Assembly: GCA_965277715.1 (NCBI GenBank)
Contig: OZ255836.1
Location: 1,792,001-1,856,000 of the forward strand
Length of the DNA: 64,000 nt
Direction of reading: 5' to 3'
From: Gammaproteobacteria bacterium
GTDB taxonomy: Bacteria > Pseudomonadota > Gammaproteobacteria > JBCCGL01
Positions 1 to 10,664 of the stretch are shown one piece after another. The number at the start of each line of letters is the position of its first letter. Positions within the stretch are counted from its first letter, which is position 1. The notes beneath the pieces were generated by a model that searched no databases, was not told the origin of the DNA, and worked only from the letters and a program-made list of their open reading frames with translations. The translations under genes and the position numbers were made by a program.

Positions 1-1049
1 GTGGCACCGGCGATAACCGAATTGGGTAGGCGGTAGTAGTTTGCCATTTGCACGCTGGCTGCTGTCGCGACTGCACCCTCGGCGCTGCCGCCACTCATTG
101 CGCCGGTGCGCAGGTCGGTCAGCATCGGTCGCGTACCGAAGATTACTTTCGCCTCTGGGTCGAGCAGCCAGGCGAATATCATGCCCGATAGCGTCTCGGC
201 GATGGTTTGTGCAATCGACCCGGCCATTGTCACCGGGCTGGATGCACCCATCTGGCCAAATGTGTTGGCATGTAGCGGAATACCGAAACGCACCGCCTCG
301 GCGGCAATTTCGCAGGATTCGGCGTCAAATCGCAGCGGTGGCAACGTCAGGTTGCAATTCAGTGATAGAAACGGGCGCGCCAGGAAAGCTTCGCGTGAAC
401 CGGCAATGGTGTAACACATAGCGGCGATTTCCTCGACATGGGTCGCTGCTGAGGCGGCGGCAAAGACGTGTTTTTGAGTGCCCGTCAGGCAGGCATAGGT
501 GGTATTAATATCGAGGGTTTTCATGTCCGGCATATCGCCCGCAACCAGCGAACGACTAAAGAAGTGGATGTTGTCGAGGCTATCGACGAGGCGTGCGGCA
601 TCGTATAAGTCACGCAGGGTTGAATCGCGATAGCGACCGCTGTCCAGGTCGAGTATCAGCGGTGCTGCCCCACCCGAACCCGCGTGTACCCGCGCCCGGC
701 CAAGCTGCATATCGTAAGCTGGATGTTGCCCGCAGAGCGGAAAATTGCGCGGTAACCCATTTAACGCTTTTTCGATCAATTCGGGAGAAAAGTGCAAGCG
801 CCGGTTAGCGTCGAGACTGCCGCCTGCCGCAGTGACATGCTCAATGACAATATCCGGTGACCCGGCCATACCGACATCAGACAGAATCGAGCGTACCGCC
901 TGATCGATACAGGGCAAATCGTCGGCGCTAAACGGCTGGTACTGCCCGCCGATGGCACCTCTCATCGATGGGTGAGTGGCACGCGATTGTGCGGCGGCTG
1001 AACCTTGCCGACGTCGCTTTCTTGTGTTTCGCGCTCTAATTTCGCTCAT
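1..1049 (-). CDS. Trimethylamine methyltransferase (MttB superfamily); 3' end runs off the window
   Basis: Not in the ORF track because there is no stop in the window. Hand translation from ATG at 1049: MSEIRARNTRKRRR...GSGGAAPLILDLDSGRYRDSTLRDLYDAARLVDSLDNIHFF...GQMGASSPVTMAGSIAQTIAETLSG...DLRTGAMSGGSAE...YYRLP, which are typical MttB-family motifs. Confidence 0.9.
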   Translation of the reverse strand, partial: MSEIRARNTRKRRRQGSAAAQSRATHPSMRGAIGGQYQPFSADDLPCIDQAVRSILSDVGMAGSPDIVIEHVTAAGGSLDANRRLHFSPELIEKALNGLPRNFPLCGQHPAYDMQLGRARVHAGSGGAAPLILDLDSGRYRDSTLRDLYDAARLVDSLDNIHFFSRSLVAGDMPDMKTLDINTTYACLTGTQKHVFAAASAATHVEEIAAMCYTIAGSREAFLARPFLSLNCNLTLPPLRFDAESCEIAAEAVRFGIPLHANTFGQMGASSPVTMAGSIAQTIAETLSGMIFAWLLDPEAKVIFGTRPMLTDLRTGAMSGGSAEGAVATAASVQMANYYRLPNSVIAGA

Positions 1050-1087
1050 ACATATTCCGTGCAGTGAATATTTACAGACGCCATTGA

Positions 1088-2053
1088 TTAGCGGACGTAC
1101 TTACGTCGATCGCGCATACGCTCTTTGTGCACCTGTAGAGAAGCTTCACTACCATCGTGCCAACTGCCAAAAACCTTATCAAAAGGGGCCGGTGTACTGC
1201 CGTAGTTTAAATTGAAATACTGATGGTGTAGCTGGTGATACCAGTCCCCGGTTTTGAGTTGTAACCTGCCGAGATTCAGGTAGTCGAAGCCAGCGTGCGA
1301 CAAGGCTGGATTCAATCCCTGGTAAAACCCTGTGAGGATAATGATGATTGGGTGAACCGGCAAAAACCACCACAACACAAAGGGCGAAAAATACAATAGG
1401 TGTTCAATCGGGTGCATCGATATGCCGCTCCAGGGGCCAATATCAACGTTGCGGTGGTGCAATTTGTGAACGTGTTTATAAACCTTCGGCCAGTGCAGCG
1501 CACGGTGCACAAAATAAAAATTGGTCGTCGACCAGAGGAATAACAGATAGATACAAGCAATAAAGTACCACGGGTTATCGATCACCGGTAGATGGCCGCT
1601 GGCATACACCCAATAGCTGATTGCCTCGAATGCAGTCCAGACACTAACACCGCTGACAATGCTCCAGAACATATTGTCGCGAACCTGGTTATTCCATAGA
1701 AACAATGTGTTACTGGTTGATAGGTGGCGACGGTTCATTTGGTATTGCGATCCCTGAGTACGGCGTTTGTGCAGATGCCAGTGCAAGCCGCCCGCAAGCA
1801 GGCAAAGGAAGGCGCAGTTACGCAGCCACAACAATGCTATCCAACCGGGCTCCAGGTTTGCCATGGTTTCAAGGTGTGGTGTGAGAAACCACCAGGTCGG
1901 AAACGCCAGGGCGAGGTAGAAAAACCCCCACGGATAGAGCATACCAGTAAACAGGTAACGCAGTGCTGCCAGTGGTCGCGGTGGCCATGCGTAGATCGGC
2001 GGTACTTCGATGGTTTTTGGTTGGTATTTTTGCCCGGTTTCGGCATTAGGCAT
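1088..2053 (-). CDS. Sterol desaturase / fatty acid hydroxylase family membrane protein
   Basis: His boxes HRALH, HKLHH, HPIEH and HQLHH, an NYG motif, and hydrophobic TM segments. Confidence 0.9.
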   Translation of the reverse strand: MPNAETGQKYQPKTIEVPPIYAWPPRPLAALRYLFTGMLYPWGFFYLALAFPTWWFLTPHLETMANLEPGWIALLWLRNCAFLCLLAGGLHWHLHKRRTQGSQYQMNRRHLSTSNTLFLWNNQVRDNMFWSIVSGVSVWTAFEAISYWVYASGHLPVIDNPWYFIACIYLLFLWSTTNFYFVHRALHWPKVYKHVHKLHHRNVDIGPWSGISMHPIEHLLYFSPFVLWWFLPVHPIIIILTGFYQGLNPALSHAGFDYLNLGRLQLKTGDWYHQLHHQYFNLNYGSTPAPFDKVFGSWHDGSEASLQVHKERMRDRRKYVR

Positions 2054-2087
2054 AGCGCACCTCAGTTATTTTGAACGCAGCGGCGTT

Positions 2088-3164
2088 TCACGGTTGCCGT
2101 GTTACCGCTGTCTGGAAGGTATCTTTTACTGTGCGAGTGTGCAGGGCGAGAATTTGTCGCCAGGTTTCCTCCGGTATGGAGACGGTGCCATTTGATTGCG
2201 CCCGGTATGCGCGCTCGCGCTCACCTGGGATTTCGACCCGGTCGAACCCCAGGGCGGGTGGGCACTGGCGTAACTCTTCCAGTACGCTTTCTACTGCTGC
2301 CTGCATCGCAGAGGGCTCACGAAAGCGCCGGGTGTCCAGCGTAATCAACAGCCAGTTGCCTTCTGTTGTCGATGGGCCGAGCATAGCTTCACCGATCAGT
2401 TCACCGACCAGGGCCAAAGCGTAACCCTTTTGCCCACCAGCCGGCAGGATGGCACCGCCGTTGAAGTAATCTTCCGGTTTGCGGGTTGGCTTGCCCTGGG
2501 CGTCGATAACACAGCCTTCTGGTAACAGAGCGCCCGCGCTGCGCGCTGCATAAATCCATCCGCCAGCGATTTTCGATGTGGCAAAATCCATAACCACCGG
2601 CCCATGTTCACCACCTGGAATGCCAGCGCACCAGGGGTTGGTGGGTAATAGGCCGTTTGCGCCGCCGTGCGGGGCCACCTGGCGCCAGTTCTGGCGGTTG
2701 CCGCCACCGGTACACAGGGTTAGAAATCCCTGTTCAGCCGCATTGTCGGCAAAGGCGCCATGCCGACCCGTGTGGCCGACATGACGGATTGCCAGGGCAG
2801 ATATGCCCGTTTCTGCTGCCATCGCCATGCCGTGTTGGTAGGCCAGGTGCATGGCGGGAATACCGATGCCACCGCCGCCATCGACTTCCTGTGTACCGCG
2901 TGCCGTCGTGACAACGTGCGGCTCGGCAGATGGCACCATATAGCCATTCTGAAACTGTTCTGCATACTGTAGCGTACGCATCAGTCCGTGGCTTTCCATA
3001 CCACAGAGGCTGGTGTCGGCCAGGTGCTCAGCGACTATTCGTGCGGTATTTTCGCTGCAACCCAGCGCAACAAAGATGTCAGTTGCGGTTTCGACCGCCG
3101 CTGCCGCATCAATCTTTAAACGATTACCGCACAAGGTGAGCTTTGAACGCACTTCAAGTGGCAT
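2088..3164 (-). CDS. Ldh_2 family oxidoreductase (type 2 malate/L-lactate/ureidoglycolate dehydrogenase-like)
   Basis: Motifs G.ESHG, HVGHTGR, TNPW, MDFATS, GGQKGYAL and IPGE. Confidence 0.9.
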   Translation of the reverse strand: MPLEVRSKLTLCGNRLKIDAAAAVETATDIFVALGCSENTARIVAEHLADTSLCGMESHGLMRTLQYAEQFQNGYMVPSAEPHVVTTARGTQEVDGGGGIGIPAMHLAYQHGMAMAAETGISALAIRHVGHTGRHGAFADNAAEQGFLTLCTGGGNRQNWRQVAPHGGANGLLPTNPWCAGIPGGEHGPVVMDFATSKIAGGWIYAARSAGALLPEGCVIDAQGKPTRKPEDYFNGGAILPAGGQKGYALALVGELIGEAMLGPSTTEGNWLLITLDTRRFREPSAMQAAVESVLEELRQCPPALGFDRVEIPGERERAYRAQSNGTVSIPEETWRQILALHTRTVKDTFQTAVTRQP

Positions 3165-3278
3165 GAAAGTTTCTTATGTTGAATTAATTTTACGGGTATT
3201 CAAAATTGCTACCACCCCGCAACACAGCGAGGGTTATAAGCAATAACCCGGTATAAGTGCTCACAAGGGTAAGGGCAC

Positions 3279-4469
3279 TTACTGCTGTGTCACCACCGGC
3301 ATAATACGCGGTGCGCGCCGGGTGAGTAATTCGCACCCCGTCTCTGTAATCACCAGGTTTTCCTCGTGTACCAACATTTTTCCCGGTGCGTATTCCATAC
3401 CAGGCTCAATGGTCATTATCATGCCCGGCTTGAGTACGGTGTTGTCACTGGGCATATTGGAAGGCGGTTCGGTGAGGTGCATACCGAGGCCGTGCCCGGA
3501 GCGACCAACGTTGTTGCCCGCCGCAGCGCCTGCGGCTTCGAGCACGCGGTTTTGCGCCGCCCATAAATCGGCGGAGGTGATGCCAGGGCGGGCGGCATCA
3601 ATGCCCGCCTGAGTGGCATCCCACACGGCTTCATGGGCGCGCTGGGCCGCATCGCTTATGTGGCCAAAGGCAAAGTTGCGGTCAAAGTCGCAAAAGTAGC
3701 TGTCGAAGGTGATGCCGGTATCGATGAACATGATTTGCCCATCGGTTTGCGCGGTCTCCTGTGGGCCGACGATGATCTGGCTGTACCCCCCCTGCCCGGA
3801 GCAAACGGAGACAAAGGGGGTGCTATCGGCACCGCATTGGTGCGCGGCCATGCGAAAGTCGCGGGCGATATCGACCTCGGTATCGCCGTAGTTGACGTGT
3901 GTTAAAAACAAGTCGAAAGCATCACTGCCTATGCGGCAGGCTTCGCGTACTTTGGCAATTTCACGCGGGGATTTCACCATCCGCAATGACCAGATCAGCG
4001 GTGAAGCGTCGATAAATTCGATGCCGGTGGTTATCTTGCGCAACCGATCAAAATCGATGATCGGCATACGCACAATGGATTCGCGACCCATTTCCCAGCC
4101 TATACGGGCAAAGCGCCCCGGTAGTTCACTGAGTACCTGTTTGAGCAGGCTGACGCCGTCGTCTTGTGGGCAGGGGGCTGGCCAGGTGCGGATGTCGCTA
4201 ACCCAGGTGGTCTCCATCGCCGGGCCACCAATGCTGGGTATCACCGCAATCGGCTTGCCCTCTCGCGGTACTACCAGAAAAAAAGGCCGTGTGGGGCTTT
4301 CCCAGAACTGCGAGTTAAACCCGGAGAAGTAGCGGAAGTTTTGTGGCATGGTGAGTACCAGGCCATCCATTTCACTGTCGTGCATGGATGCCTGTGCGGC
4401 TGCCACGCGCGCTGCAAATTCTTCGGTGGGGAAACCCCGTGGTGGGGTGGGGTGTTGGGTCATGGTCAA
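3279..4469 (-). CDS. M24 family (Xaa-Pro peptidase / creatinase-like) metallohydrolase
   Basis: Creatinase N-domain (NFRYFSGF), RMVKSPRE, and metal ligands D(TG), D(FDR), GHGLG, IEPG, HEEN. Confidence 0.9.
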   Translation of the reverse strand: MTMTQHPTPPRGFPTEEFAARVAAAQASMHDSEMDGLVLTMPQNFRYFSGFNSQFWESPTRPFFLVVPREGKPIAVIPSIGGPAMETTWVSDIRTWPAPCPQDDGVSLLKQVLSELPGRFARIGWEMGRESIVRMPIIDFDRLRKITTGIEFIDASPLIWSLRMVKSPREIAKVREACRIGSDAFDLFLTHVNYGDTEVDIARDFRMAAHQCGADSTPFVSVCSGQGGYSQIIVGPQETAQTDGQIMFIDTGITFDSYFCDFDRNFAFGHISDAAQRAHEAVWDATQAGIDAARPGITSADLWAAQNRVLEAAGAAAGNNVGRSGHGLGMHLTEPPSNMPSDNTVLKPGMIMTIEPGMEYAPGKMLVHEENLVITETGCELLTRRAPRIMPVVTQQ

Positions 4470-4487
4470 TTCACTCCAGGGAGGGTT

Positions 4488-4815
4488 TTATCTGTTTTCC
4501 GGGTGATTATAATCCAGTAGGCCAGCGTCTACAGGCTCCATATCCACATAATTGGCGATCACTTTGCCACTGTACCCAGAAATTGGATGGCTGCGATTCA
4601 CACCGTAGCGGCGCATAAACCCTGCGCAGTCGGCGGCCTGCCCGATTTGTTGTGATGGCGCGGGTAAAACCATCCAGGTCGCTGCTGTCGGCCCGCCAAA
4701 AGGCGCTGGGGTAGTCGCCGATTATGCCACGGACTACGGTGAGGTAGTCTTCACCGGGGAGGCGGGTGCCCTCTTCGGACAACAGGCTGGTGATATTGCT
4801 GTGCGCCAGGTTACG
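4488..4815 (-). pseudogene. cti: C-terminal remnant of fatty acid cis/trans isomerase (Cti), frameshifted
   Basis: One frame reads RNLAHSNITSLLSEE...LTVVRGIIGDYPSAF; another frame reads FMRRYGVNRSHP...EPVDAGLLDYNHPENR*. Both match the Cti C-terminus. There is no 5' part. Confidence 0.7.
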
Positions 4816-4842
4816 CTATGATCGAAAAAAACGGGCGAAAAA

Positions 4843-5625
4843 ATGCGAACACTTGAATGTTATTTAGCGGGGCGGGTCGCGCTGGTCACGGGTGGTTTTA
4901 ATGGCATTGGCAAGGCCATTTGCAGTGCATTGGTCGAGCGGGGGGCGGCGATTGCCGTCGGGGCGCGCACGGTTGATACGGGGTTTGTCGATGCACTGCG
5001 TGCTCAAGGGGTGAATGTCTTTGCCAAATCACTGGATGTCTGTAGCCCGCAAAGCGTTGACGACTATATGGCCGGGGTGGGTGATGCGCTTGGCCCGGTG
5101 GATATTCTGGTTAACTCGGCGGGTATCAGTACCAGCCATGTTGTCAGTGGTCACCCTGAAGATACCTGGCATAAGGTTATTGAGACGAATTTATCCGGGC
5201 CTTTTCGCCTGATTCGCGCCTGCCTGCCAGGCATGATTGCGCGCCGCTGGGGGCGGGTGATTAATATCGGCTCGACCGCTGCCCGCGCCGCCATGCCCGA
5301 TTCAGCAGCGTATTGCGCCTCCAAAGCGGGGTTGTTGGGCTTAAGCCGTGCGGTGGCATTGGAGGGGGCACCACACCGGGTGAGCTGTGTGATGCTCAGC
5401 CCCACCTGGGTGGAGACGGATATGTTGCAATCCATCATGGCTGAAACGGCACAGAAAAAGGGCAACACAACAGAGGAGGAGATTCAGTATGCGCTGTCTA
5501 CTATGCCGCAAAAACGGTTTGTCCAGCCGGTTGAGGTCGCCGCGATGGCGGCATTTTTGTGTCGGGAAGAGGCGTTGGGTATTACAATGGAGGATATACA
5601 GGTCAATGCGGGGGCGTATTGGTAA
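4843..5625 (+). CDS. Short-chain dehydrogenase/reductase (SDR)
   Basis: TGGFNGIG, VNSAG and the YCASK catalytic motif. Confidence 0.93.
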   Translation: MRTLECYLAGRVALVTGGFNGIGKAICSALVERGAAIAVGARTVDTGFVDALRAQGVNVFAKSLDVCSPQSVDDYMAGVGDALGPVDILVNSAGISTSHVVSGHPEDTWHKVIETNLSGPFRLIRACLPGMIARRWGRVINIGSTAARAAMPDSAAYCASKAGLLGLSRAVALEGAPHRVSCVMLSPTWVETDMLQSIMAETAQKKGNTTEEEIQYALSTMPQKRFVQPVEVAAMAAFLCREEALGITMEDIQVNAGAYW

Positions 5626-5682
5626 ATCGCGCCCGTTAGTCTCCTAAATAAATCAAATTGACATAAAGCAGGTTTTAAATAA

Positions 5683-6300
5683 ATGATTTCAGCTCAGGAT
5701 GCGCTTGCACGATTGCAGGCAGGTAACCGCCGGTTTGTCGCCGAAACCCGATGCCCCGATGCGACCAGGAACCAGGTTCACAGTAACCGCCAGGTGACTG
5801 ATCAGCGACCATTTGCGGTAATTTTGGGGTGTTCTGATTCCCGCGTGCCCATCGAGATTGTGTTTGATCAGGGGTTTGGGGATTTGTTTGTGATTCGGGT
5901 GGCGGGCAATATTGTGGCGCCTTCTCAGGTGGGGAGTGTCGAATTTGCCGCTGAGTTATTCAATACGCAGTTGGTGGTTGTGTTGGGTCATACGCACTGT
6001 GGTGCGGTCTGTGCTGCGCTGGATGAGGTTCAGCATAAGTCGGTGTATTCCTCGCAGAATATCCGCGCTATTGTTAGTCGCATCCGTCCGTCTGTGGAGG
6101 GGTTGGTGTCGACCGGGTACGAACAGGATAGGGCGGTTTTGATGCAGCAGGCAGTGCGTGCCAATGTGCGCGTGGCTGTCGATCATTTGCGTCACGGCTC
6201 CGCTATTTTGGAGGGTTTGATTGGGAAGAAAAAGTTGCAGGTGGTTGGGGCGGAGTATTCGCTGGAAACGGGGGAGGTGGATTTTTTTGATGGGGTATAG
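5683..6300 (+). CDS. Beta-class carbonic anhydrase
   Basis: Zinc ligand motifs GCSDSRV and LGHTHCGAV, plus RVAGN. Confidence 0.95.
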   Translation: MISAQDALARLQAGNRRFVAETRCPDATRNQVHSNRQVTDQRPFAVILGCSDSRVPIEIVFDQGFGDLFVIRVAGNIVAPSQVGSVEFAAELFNTQLVVVLGHTHCGAVCAALDEVQHKSVYSSQNIRAIVSRIRPSVEGLVSTGYEQDRAVLMQQAVRANVRVAVDHLRHGSAILEGLIGKKKLQVVGAEYSLETGEVDFFDGV

Positions 6301-6335
6301 TATAGGCCGTCATTATCAATGACCACTATCTACAG

Positions 6336-6884
6336 CTAATTTGCTCTACTTGAAAAAGTGAGGCCAGTACTTCCAATGCAGAAATGAGCCTGAAGTATCG
6401 GGTAAGTAAGTCCCGGTCTTGAGGCGTTCATGGCGTTGACTGGCATCGCCGCCAACACATGTGACAGGCTGGCAAAGTCCAGGATAAAGCCGGTACCGAG
6501 CAAAGCCCAGTCCATACCGCGCTGATCAGTTAGGATTTGCCCGCCAGGTTTCAAGCACGTCAAATAGTTTTCTATCATGCAATAGAAGTGGTACTGGCAA
6601 CAGGCGAAGGAAGCAGGATTATTATCCACCACATAATCATATGTATTGCTGCCAAAATATTGGGTAAATTTACGGTGGTATTTGTTTGTTAGTACAACAC
6701 GGTACCGTGGTAGATTTAAGGTTTGCGCATGATCTAACTCCTGCTGATTGACAGTTACACCGTCTATGCGATGGCCCGCTGCGTAAAAGGTTTTTGCTAG
6801 TTCTGAATTGCCTATACCAACGTGTAAGATCATGGGTGTACCACTAGAATCCTGCCAGGAAGCTAATAACGCAATGAATAACAC
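6336..6884 (-). CDS. Class I SAM-dependent methyltransferase-like protein, possibly truncated
   Basis: ILHVGIGNS (motif I-like), YDYVVDN and LKPGG; both termini look atypical. Confidence 0.5.
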   Translation of the reverse strand: MLFIALLASWQDSSGTPMILHVGIGNSELAKTFYAAGHRIDGVTVNQQELDHAQTLNLPRYRVVLTNKYHRKFTQYFGSNTYDYVVDNNPASFACCQYHFYCMIENYLTCLKPGGQILTDQRGMDWALLGTGFILDFASLSHVLAAMPVNAMNASRPGLTYPILQAHFCIGSTGLTFSSRAN

Positions 6885-7010
6885 CTGACAAGAGCCGCCA
6901 TAAGTTACAAATAGTACTTTTTATAATATTTGTACTGTTTTTTTACAAACTGATAGCAAGTTTTATAATTCAGAAAAATAAATAAAATTATCCAAAAAAA
7001 CACTTTCATT

Positions 7011-7412
7011 CATTGGACGATAGAAAAATCATTCAACAATAGTAAAAGTGATTTCACCGAAAGAAAAGCCTGGTCGTCAAACCTGAATGCGCTGAACAGT
7101 CAAATGCGTTTTACTGCTATGGCCTATAATATCATGCGTATTTTTGAAGAAACATCAAAAACAAAGAGCCTGGAATGTATTCATCCATCTGATAAAAAAT
7201 ACACTAAAATGCTTGATAAGAGACAAGAAATTACCCAGAAAAAAGGCGGCTTTGTTAATCCATTGTTTTTTTACGCTAGAATTACCCGTATATGCTCATT
7301 CACTATCCGCTCTCTGCAAAATGCAATAATGACAAGAAAATCCCTTAGAACTATTATGCATAGCTTAGTGAGGCATTTAAAACCTCGACAGTCAGGAATT
7401 TTGGAACACTGA
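7011..7412 (+). mobile_element. IS4-like DDE transposase, C-terminal remnant
   Basis: The frame extends upstream of the track ORF to HWTIEKSFNNSKSDF, resembling the RW.IE..F...K signature. The segment is AT-rich and has no N-terminus. Confidence 0.65.
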
Positions 7413-7601
7413 GGCAATATTCTCAACGCTACCCTGCTGATTTTCAGTGCCGGTTTAATCGATGGCTTTCCCTTGAAGATATACTCCGCCGTTTTTACAC
7501 GGGTTTCCAGGTAAGATCTGGGTGCTCACTTCGCTACTGTTTTTTTACCCTATAAGTTATATATTATGTGCGTTCCAGTAACGCAAATAGGCGGGTTAAA
7601 A

Positions 7602-8264
7602 ATGTTATCGACAGTGGCGCGGTTAGTTGTTCTTTTTCTGTGGTTTTCGGCGTCATCAGCCGTGATAGCGGAAAGTGTAGACGATTTGGTAAGCGATATT
7701 TCACGCTATTTCACACCACGTGATTTTATCTCAAATGATAACGGTAGCCTGCGTTTAAGCGTGCGCGGTGGGCGGTATATGTTTATGGAGGGAACGATTA
7801 ACAGTAGTACGCCAGGTGCCATGGCGCGTTTGTTCGAGCGCAATCCCGGTGTCGAAGTGATTGTAATGACCAACGTTCCCGGTTCGGCTGATGATGAGGC
7901 GAACCTCTATATCTCACTGGTTATACATGAGCTGGGGTTGTGGACTTACGTGCCTTCTCAGGGTGAAATCGCCTCAGGTGGTACGGATATGTTCCTGGCA
8001 GGTGAACGGCGTATTCTGCACCCGGATTCGCGGGTTGGCGTGCACAGTTTTTCTTTTGACGATGACGATGGCAATCCTGTCAGTGGTGCCGATCTTCCAC
8101 TCGATGACGAAATACATCAGTTTTATCTCGATTATTACCGGGATATCGGTATCGATGAGGATTTTTACTGGTTCACTTTGCGGGCGGCATCGGCGGACGA
8201 TATCCACTATCTCACTGCCACGGAAAAGAAACGTTACCACCTATATACGGATTTGCACCGGTAG
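7602..8264 (+). CDS. Exported protein, ClpP/crotonase-like fold (COG3904-like)
   Basis: Signal peptide (..SASSAVIA), VPGS.DD..N, IASGGTDMFLAG and RVGVH. The track ORF starts at 7566. Confidence 0.6.
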   Translation: MLSTVARLVVLFLWFSASSAVIAESVDDLVSDISRYFTPRDFISNDNGSLRLSVRGGRYMFMEGTINSSTPGAMARLFERNPGVEVIVMTNVPGSADDEANLYISLVIHELGLWTYVPSQGEIASGGTDMFLAGERRILHPDSRVGVHSFSFDDDDGNPVSGADLPLDDEIHQFYLDYYRDIGIDEDFYWFTLRAASADDIHYLTATEKKRYHLYTDLHR

Positions 8265-8338
8265 AGTGAGTGCGCGGTTTTACGTCTTTTGAGCGAGCGG
8301 TAAGGCTATACCAATGAGCGGCAACGGTTTATGTGGTT

Positions 8339-10648
8339 TTATTTGATATCCGGTGGATCAAATGCGGTCAATTTTGGTTGTGCTTCGGTAAATAATTCAA
8401 TTTCAACCATACAGGTGTGTGCAATCGGGCCTTGTGCGAGCTGAGATGTGCCGATGTCGGGGGTTAATACGTTCGGGTTTCCGTGCTTGCATAAACTGCC
8501 CGGGCTCGCGGGTTGTAGCGGGTCATACCAGGCGCCCGTGCTCATTTGTACAACGCCCTGCATCACCTGGTCATCAATGATTACACCACCGAGACAGGCT
8601 CCCCGCTGGTTAAATACCCGCACGATATTGCCATTGGCCAGGTTTCTGGCTTTGGCGTCTTGTGGGTGTAGCATGATCGGTTCACGCTGATTGATTTTAT
8701 CCGCACGGCAATGGCTTCCATGATCCAGTTGTGAGTGAAGCTTGGTCTTCGGTTGGTTCGAAATTAAATGCAAGGGGTATTTTTTACTATTGCCACCGAG
8801 CCATTCGATTGGCTCCATCCAGGTGGCATGGCCGGGGCAGTCGGTGTAGTTAAAACTGGCCACAACAGTTGAGTGGATTTCAATTTTGCCCGATGGCGTC
8901 GATAGTGGGTTTGCCAGCGGATCATCGCGAAAGGCCTGCAACATGACGACAGGTTCAATAGGTGCTTCAGGCTTAAACCAGCCGGATTTTTTGAAATCGG
9001 CATAGCATGGCATATCAAAGCCCTGCGCTTTTGCGCGCTCGACGGTCGAGTGATAAATCCACTCTATCCATTGTTGTTCGCTGCGGCCTTCGGTAAAGGC
9101 ATCCTCGACACCCATCTGGCGCGCCAGGCCCGAGAATATAGCGTAATCGTTGCGGCTTAGGCCAATGGGTTTTATTGCCTGTTGCATATCAATCACGTAA
9201 GGATCACGCGGTGATATGGATAGGTCACTTCGTTCGAGTGAGGTGGTGCAGGGCAGGACAATATCGGCGTGTTTGGCCATGCTGTTCCAGCACCAGTCGT
9301 GCACCACTATTGTGTCGGGTTTTCGCCAGGCCATGAGCATTTTGTTCAAGTCCTGGTGGTGGTGAAACGGATTGCCACCCGCCCAGTAAACAACGTGAAT
9401 ATCAGGGTATTCGTAGGTGCTGCCGTTGTACTCAAATGGAGCACCCGGGTGCAGTAACATGTCGCTAATCCGTGCCACTGGAATAAAGCTGGAAACCGCG
9501 TTGTCTCCCTGTGGTAGGGAGGCGCCCGGCACTTTTGTATTGTGGCCACCAATGCCATTAGTGGTCGAGTAACCAAAGGTAATGCCACCACCGGGTAATC
9601 CTATCTGGCCCAATAGGGCTGCAACGGTAATCGCCGCCCAATAAGCGTGTTCCCCATGATGCTGGCGGGTTAATGACCAGCTAATTGATATCATGGTTTT
9701 ATTCGCCGCCATTTGCTGTGCCAAGGCACGGATTCGCTGCGCAGAAACAGCACAAATAGTGGATGCCCATACGGCATCTTTGGCGATACCATCGTCAACA
9801 CCCTCCAGGTATTGTTGAAATACGTCGAATCCAACGGTGTACCGCTGGATAAAATCGTTATCGGTCAGTTGCTCGTCGAGCAGTGTCTTTGCAATGGCAA
9901 TCAGCAGGGCTGTATCTGTGCCGGGCCTTATGGCTACCCAGTCGGCATTGAGCGAATCGTCAATATCGGCCCGGATAGGGCTGACATTAACGAATTTAAT
10001 GCCCGCGTCCCGCGCCGCTATCATATGCGCCCGCTGTATATGGCGACCAACACCGCCGGCATTAATCTGGCCATTTTTGAGTGGCATGCCGCCAAATGCG
10101 ACGAGCAGTTGTGTGTGGTCAATGACCGAGCGCCAACTGGTTGTTTCTAATAATAGGGCGAATAGGTTACCCATGACGTGTGGCAGAATAACCTCCGCAC
10201 TGGCGAAGCTGTAAGTGTTTACCGAACGGGTATAACCACCGATGCAATTTAAAAAGCGGTGCACCTGGCTTTGCGCATGGTGAAACCGCCCGGCACTCGA
10301 CCAGCCGTATGAACCGGCGTAAATGGCCTGATTGCCAAACTGGTTTTTCACCCTGGATAATTCCTGACCAAGCAATGTCTCCGCCTGCTCCCATGACACT
10401 TCGACAAAAGGATCGGCACCGCGCAGGTGATTGTTACTGCCAGGACCTGCATCGAGCCAGCTCTTTCTGATCATAGGGGCTTTGATTCTCGACGGTGCAT
10501 CCAGCACGTCAACGATGCCTGAACCGATTGGCGAGACATCATCGTCTTCCTCGAACCCGTGTAGTGCGGTTACTGAACCGTTATCGGTTTCGACACGGTA
10601 GGTGCCCCAGTGGGTGCTGGTGAGTGGAAGGCTTGGTTTGGTTGTCAT
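8339..10648 (-). CDS. Molybdopterin (bis-MGD) oxidoreductase, BisC/TorA/DorA family, cytoplasmic
   Basis: THWG start, GSYGWSSAGRFHHAQ, YWAGGNPFHHH, TPSGKIEI, LHSQLD and HGNPNVLT; no twin-arginine signal. Confidence 0.92.
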   Translation of the reverse strand: MTTKPSLPLTSTHWGTYRVETDNGSVTALHGFEEDDDVSPIGSGIVDVLDAPSRIKAPMIRKSWLDAGPGSNNHLRGADPFVEVSWEQAETLLGQELSRVKNQFGNQAIYAGSYGWSSAGRFHHAQSQVHRFLNCIGGYTRSVNTYSFASAEVILPHVMGNLFALLLETTSWRSVIDHTQLLVAFGGMPLKNGQINAGGVGRHIQRAHMIAARDAGIKFVNVSPIRADIDDSLNADWVAIRPGTDTALLIAIAKTLLDEQLTDNDFIQRYTVGFDVFQQYLEGVDDGIAKDAVWASTICAVSAQRIRALAQQMAANKTMISISWSLTRQHHGEHAYWAAITVAALLGQIGLPGGGITFGYSTTNGIGGHNTKVPGASLPQGDNAVSSFIPVARISDMLLHPGAPFEYNGSTYEYPDIHVVYWAGGNPFHHHQDLNKMLMAWRKPDTIVVHDWCWNSMAKHADIVLPCTTSLERSDLSISPRDPYVIDMQQAIKPIGLSRNDYAIFSGLARQMGVEDAFTEGRSEQQWIEWIYHSTVERAKAQGFDMPCYADFKKSGWFKPEAPIEPVVMLQAFRDDPLANPLSTPSGKIEIHSTVVASFNYTDCPGHATWMEPIEWLGGNSKKYPLHLISNQPKTKLHSQLDHGSHCRADKINQREPIMLHPQDAKARNLANGNIVRVFNQRGACLGGVIIDDQVMQGVVQMSTGAWYDPLQPASPGSLCKHGNPNVLTPDIGTSQLAQGPIAHTCMVEIELFTEAQPKLTAFDPPDIK

Positions 10649-10664
10649 TATTCGAGGTTACCCT

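Noticed and set aside
690-730. Possible frameshift in the first mttB
   Set aside because: Careful re-reading gives a continuous frame (GQHPAYDMQLG).
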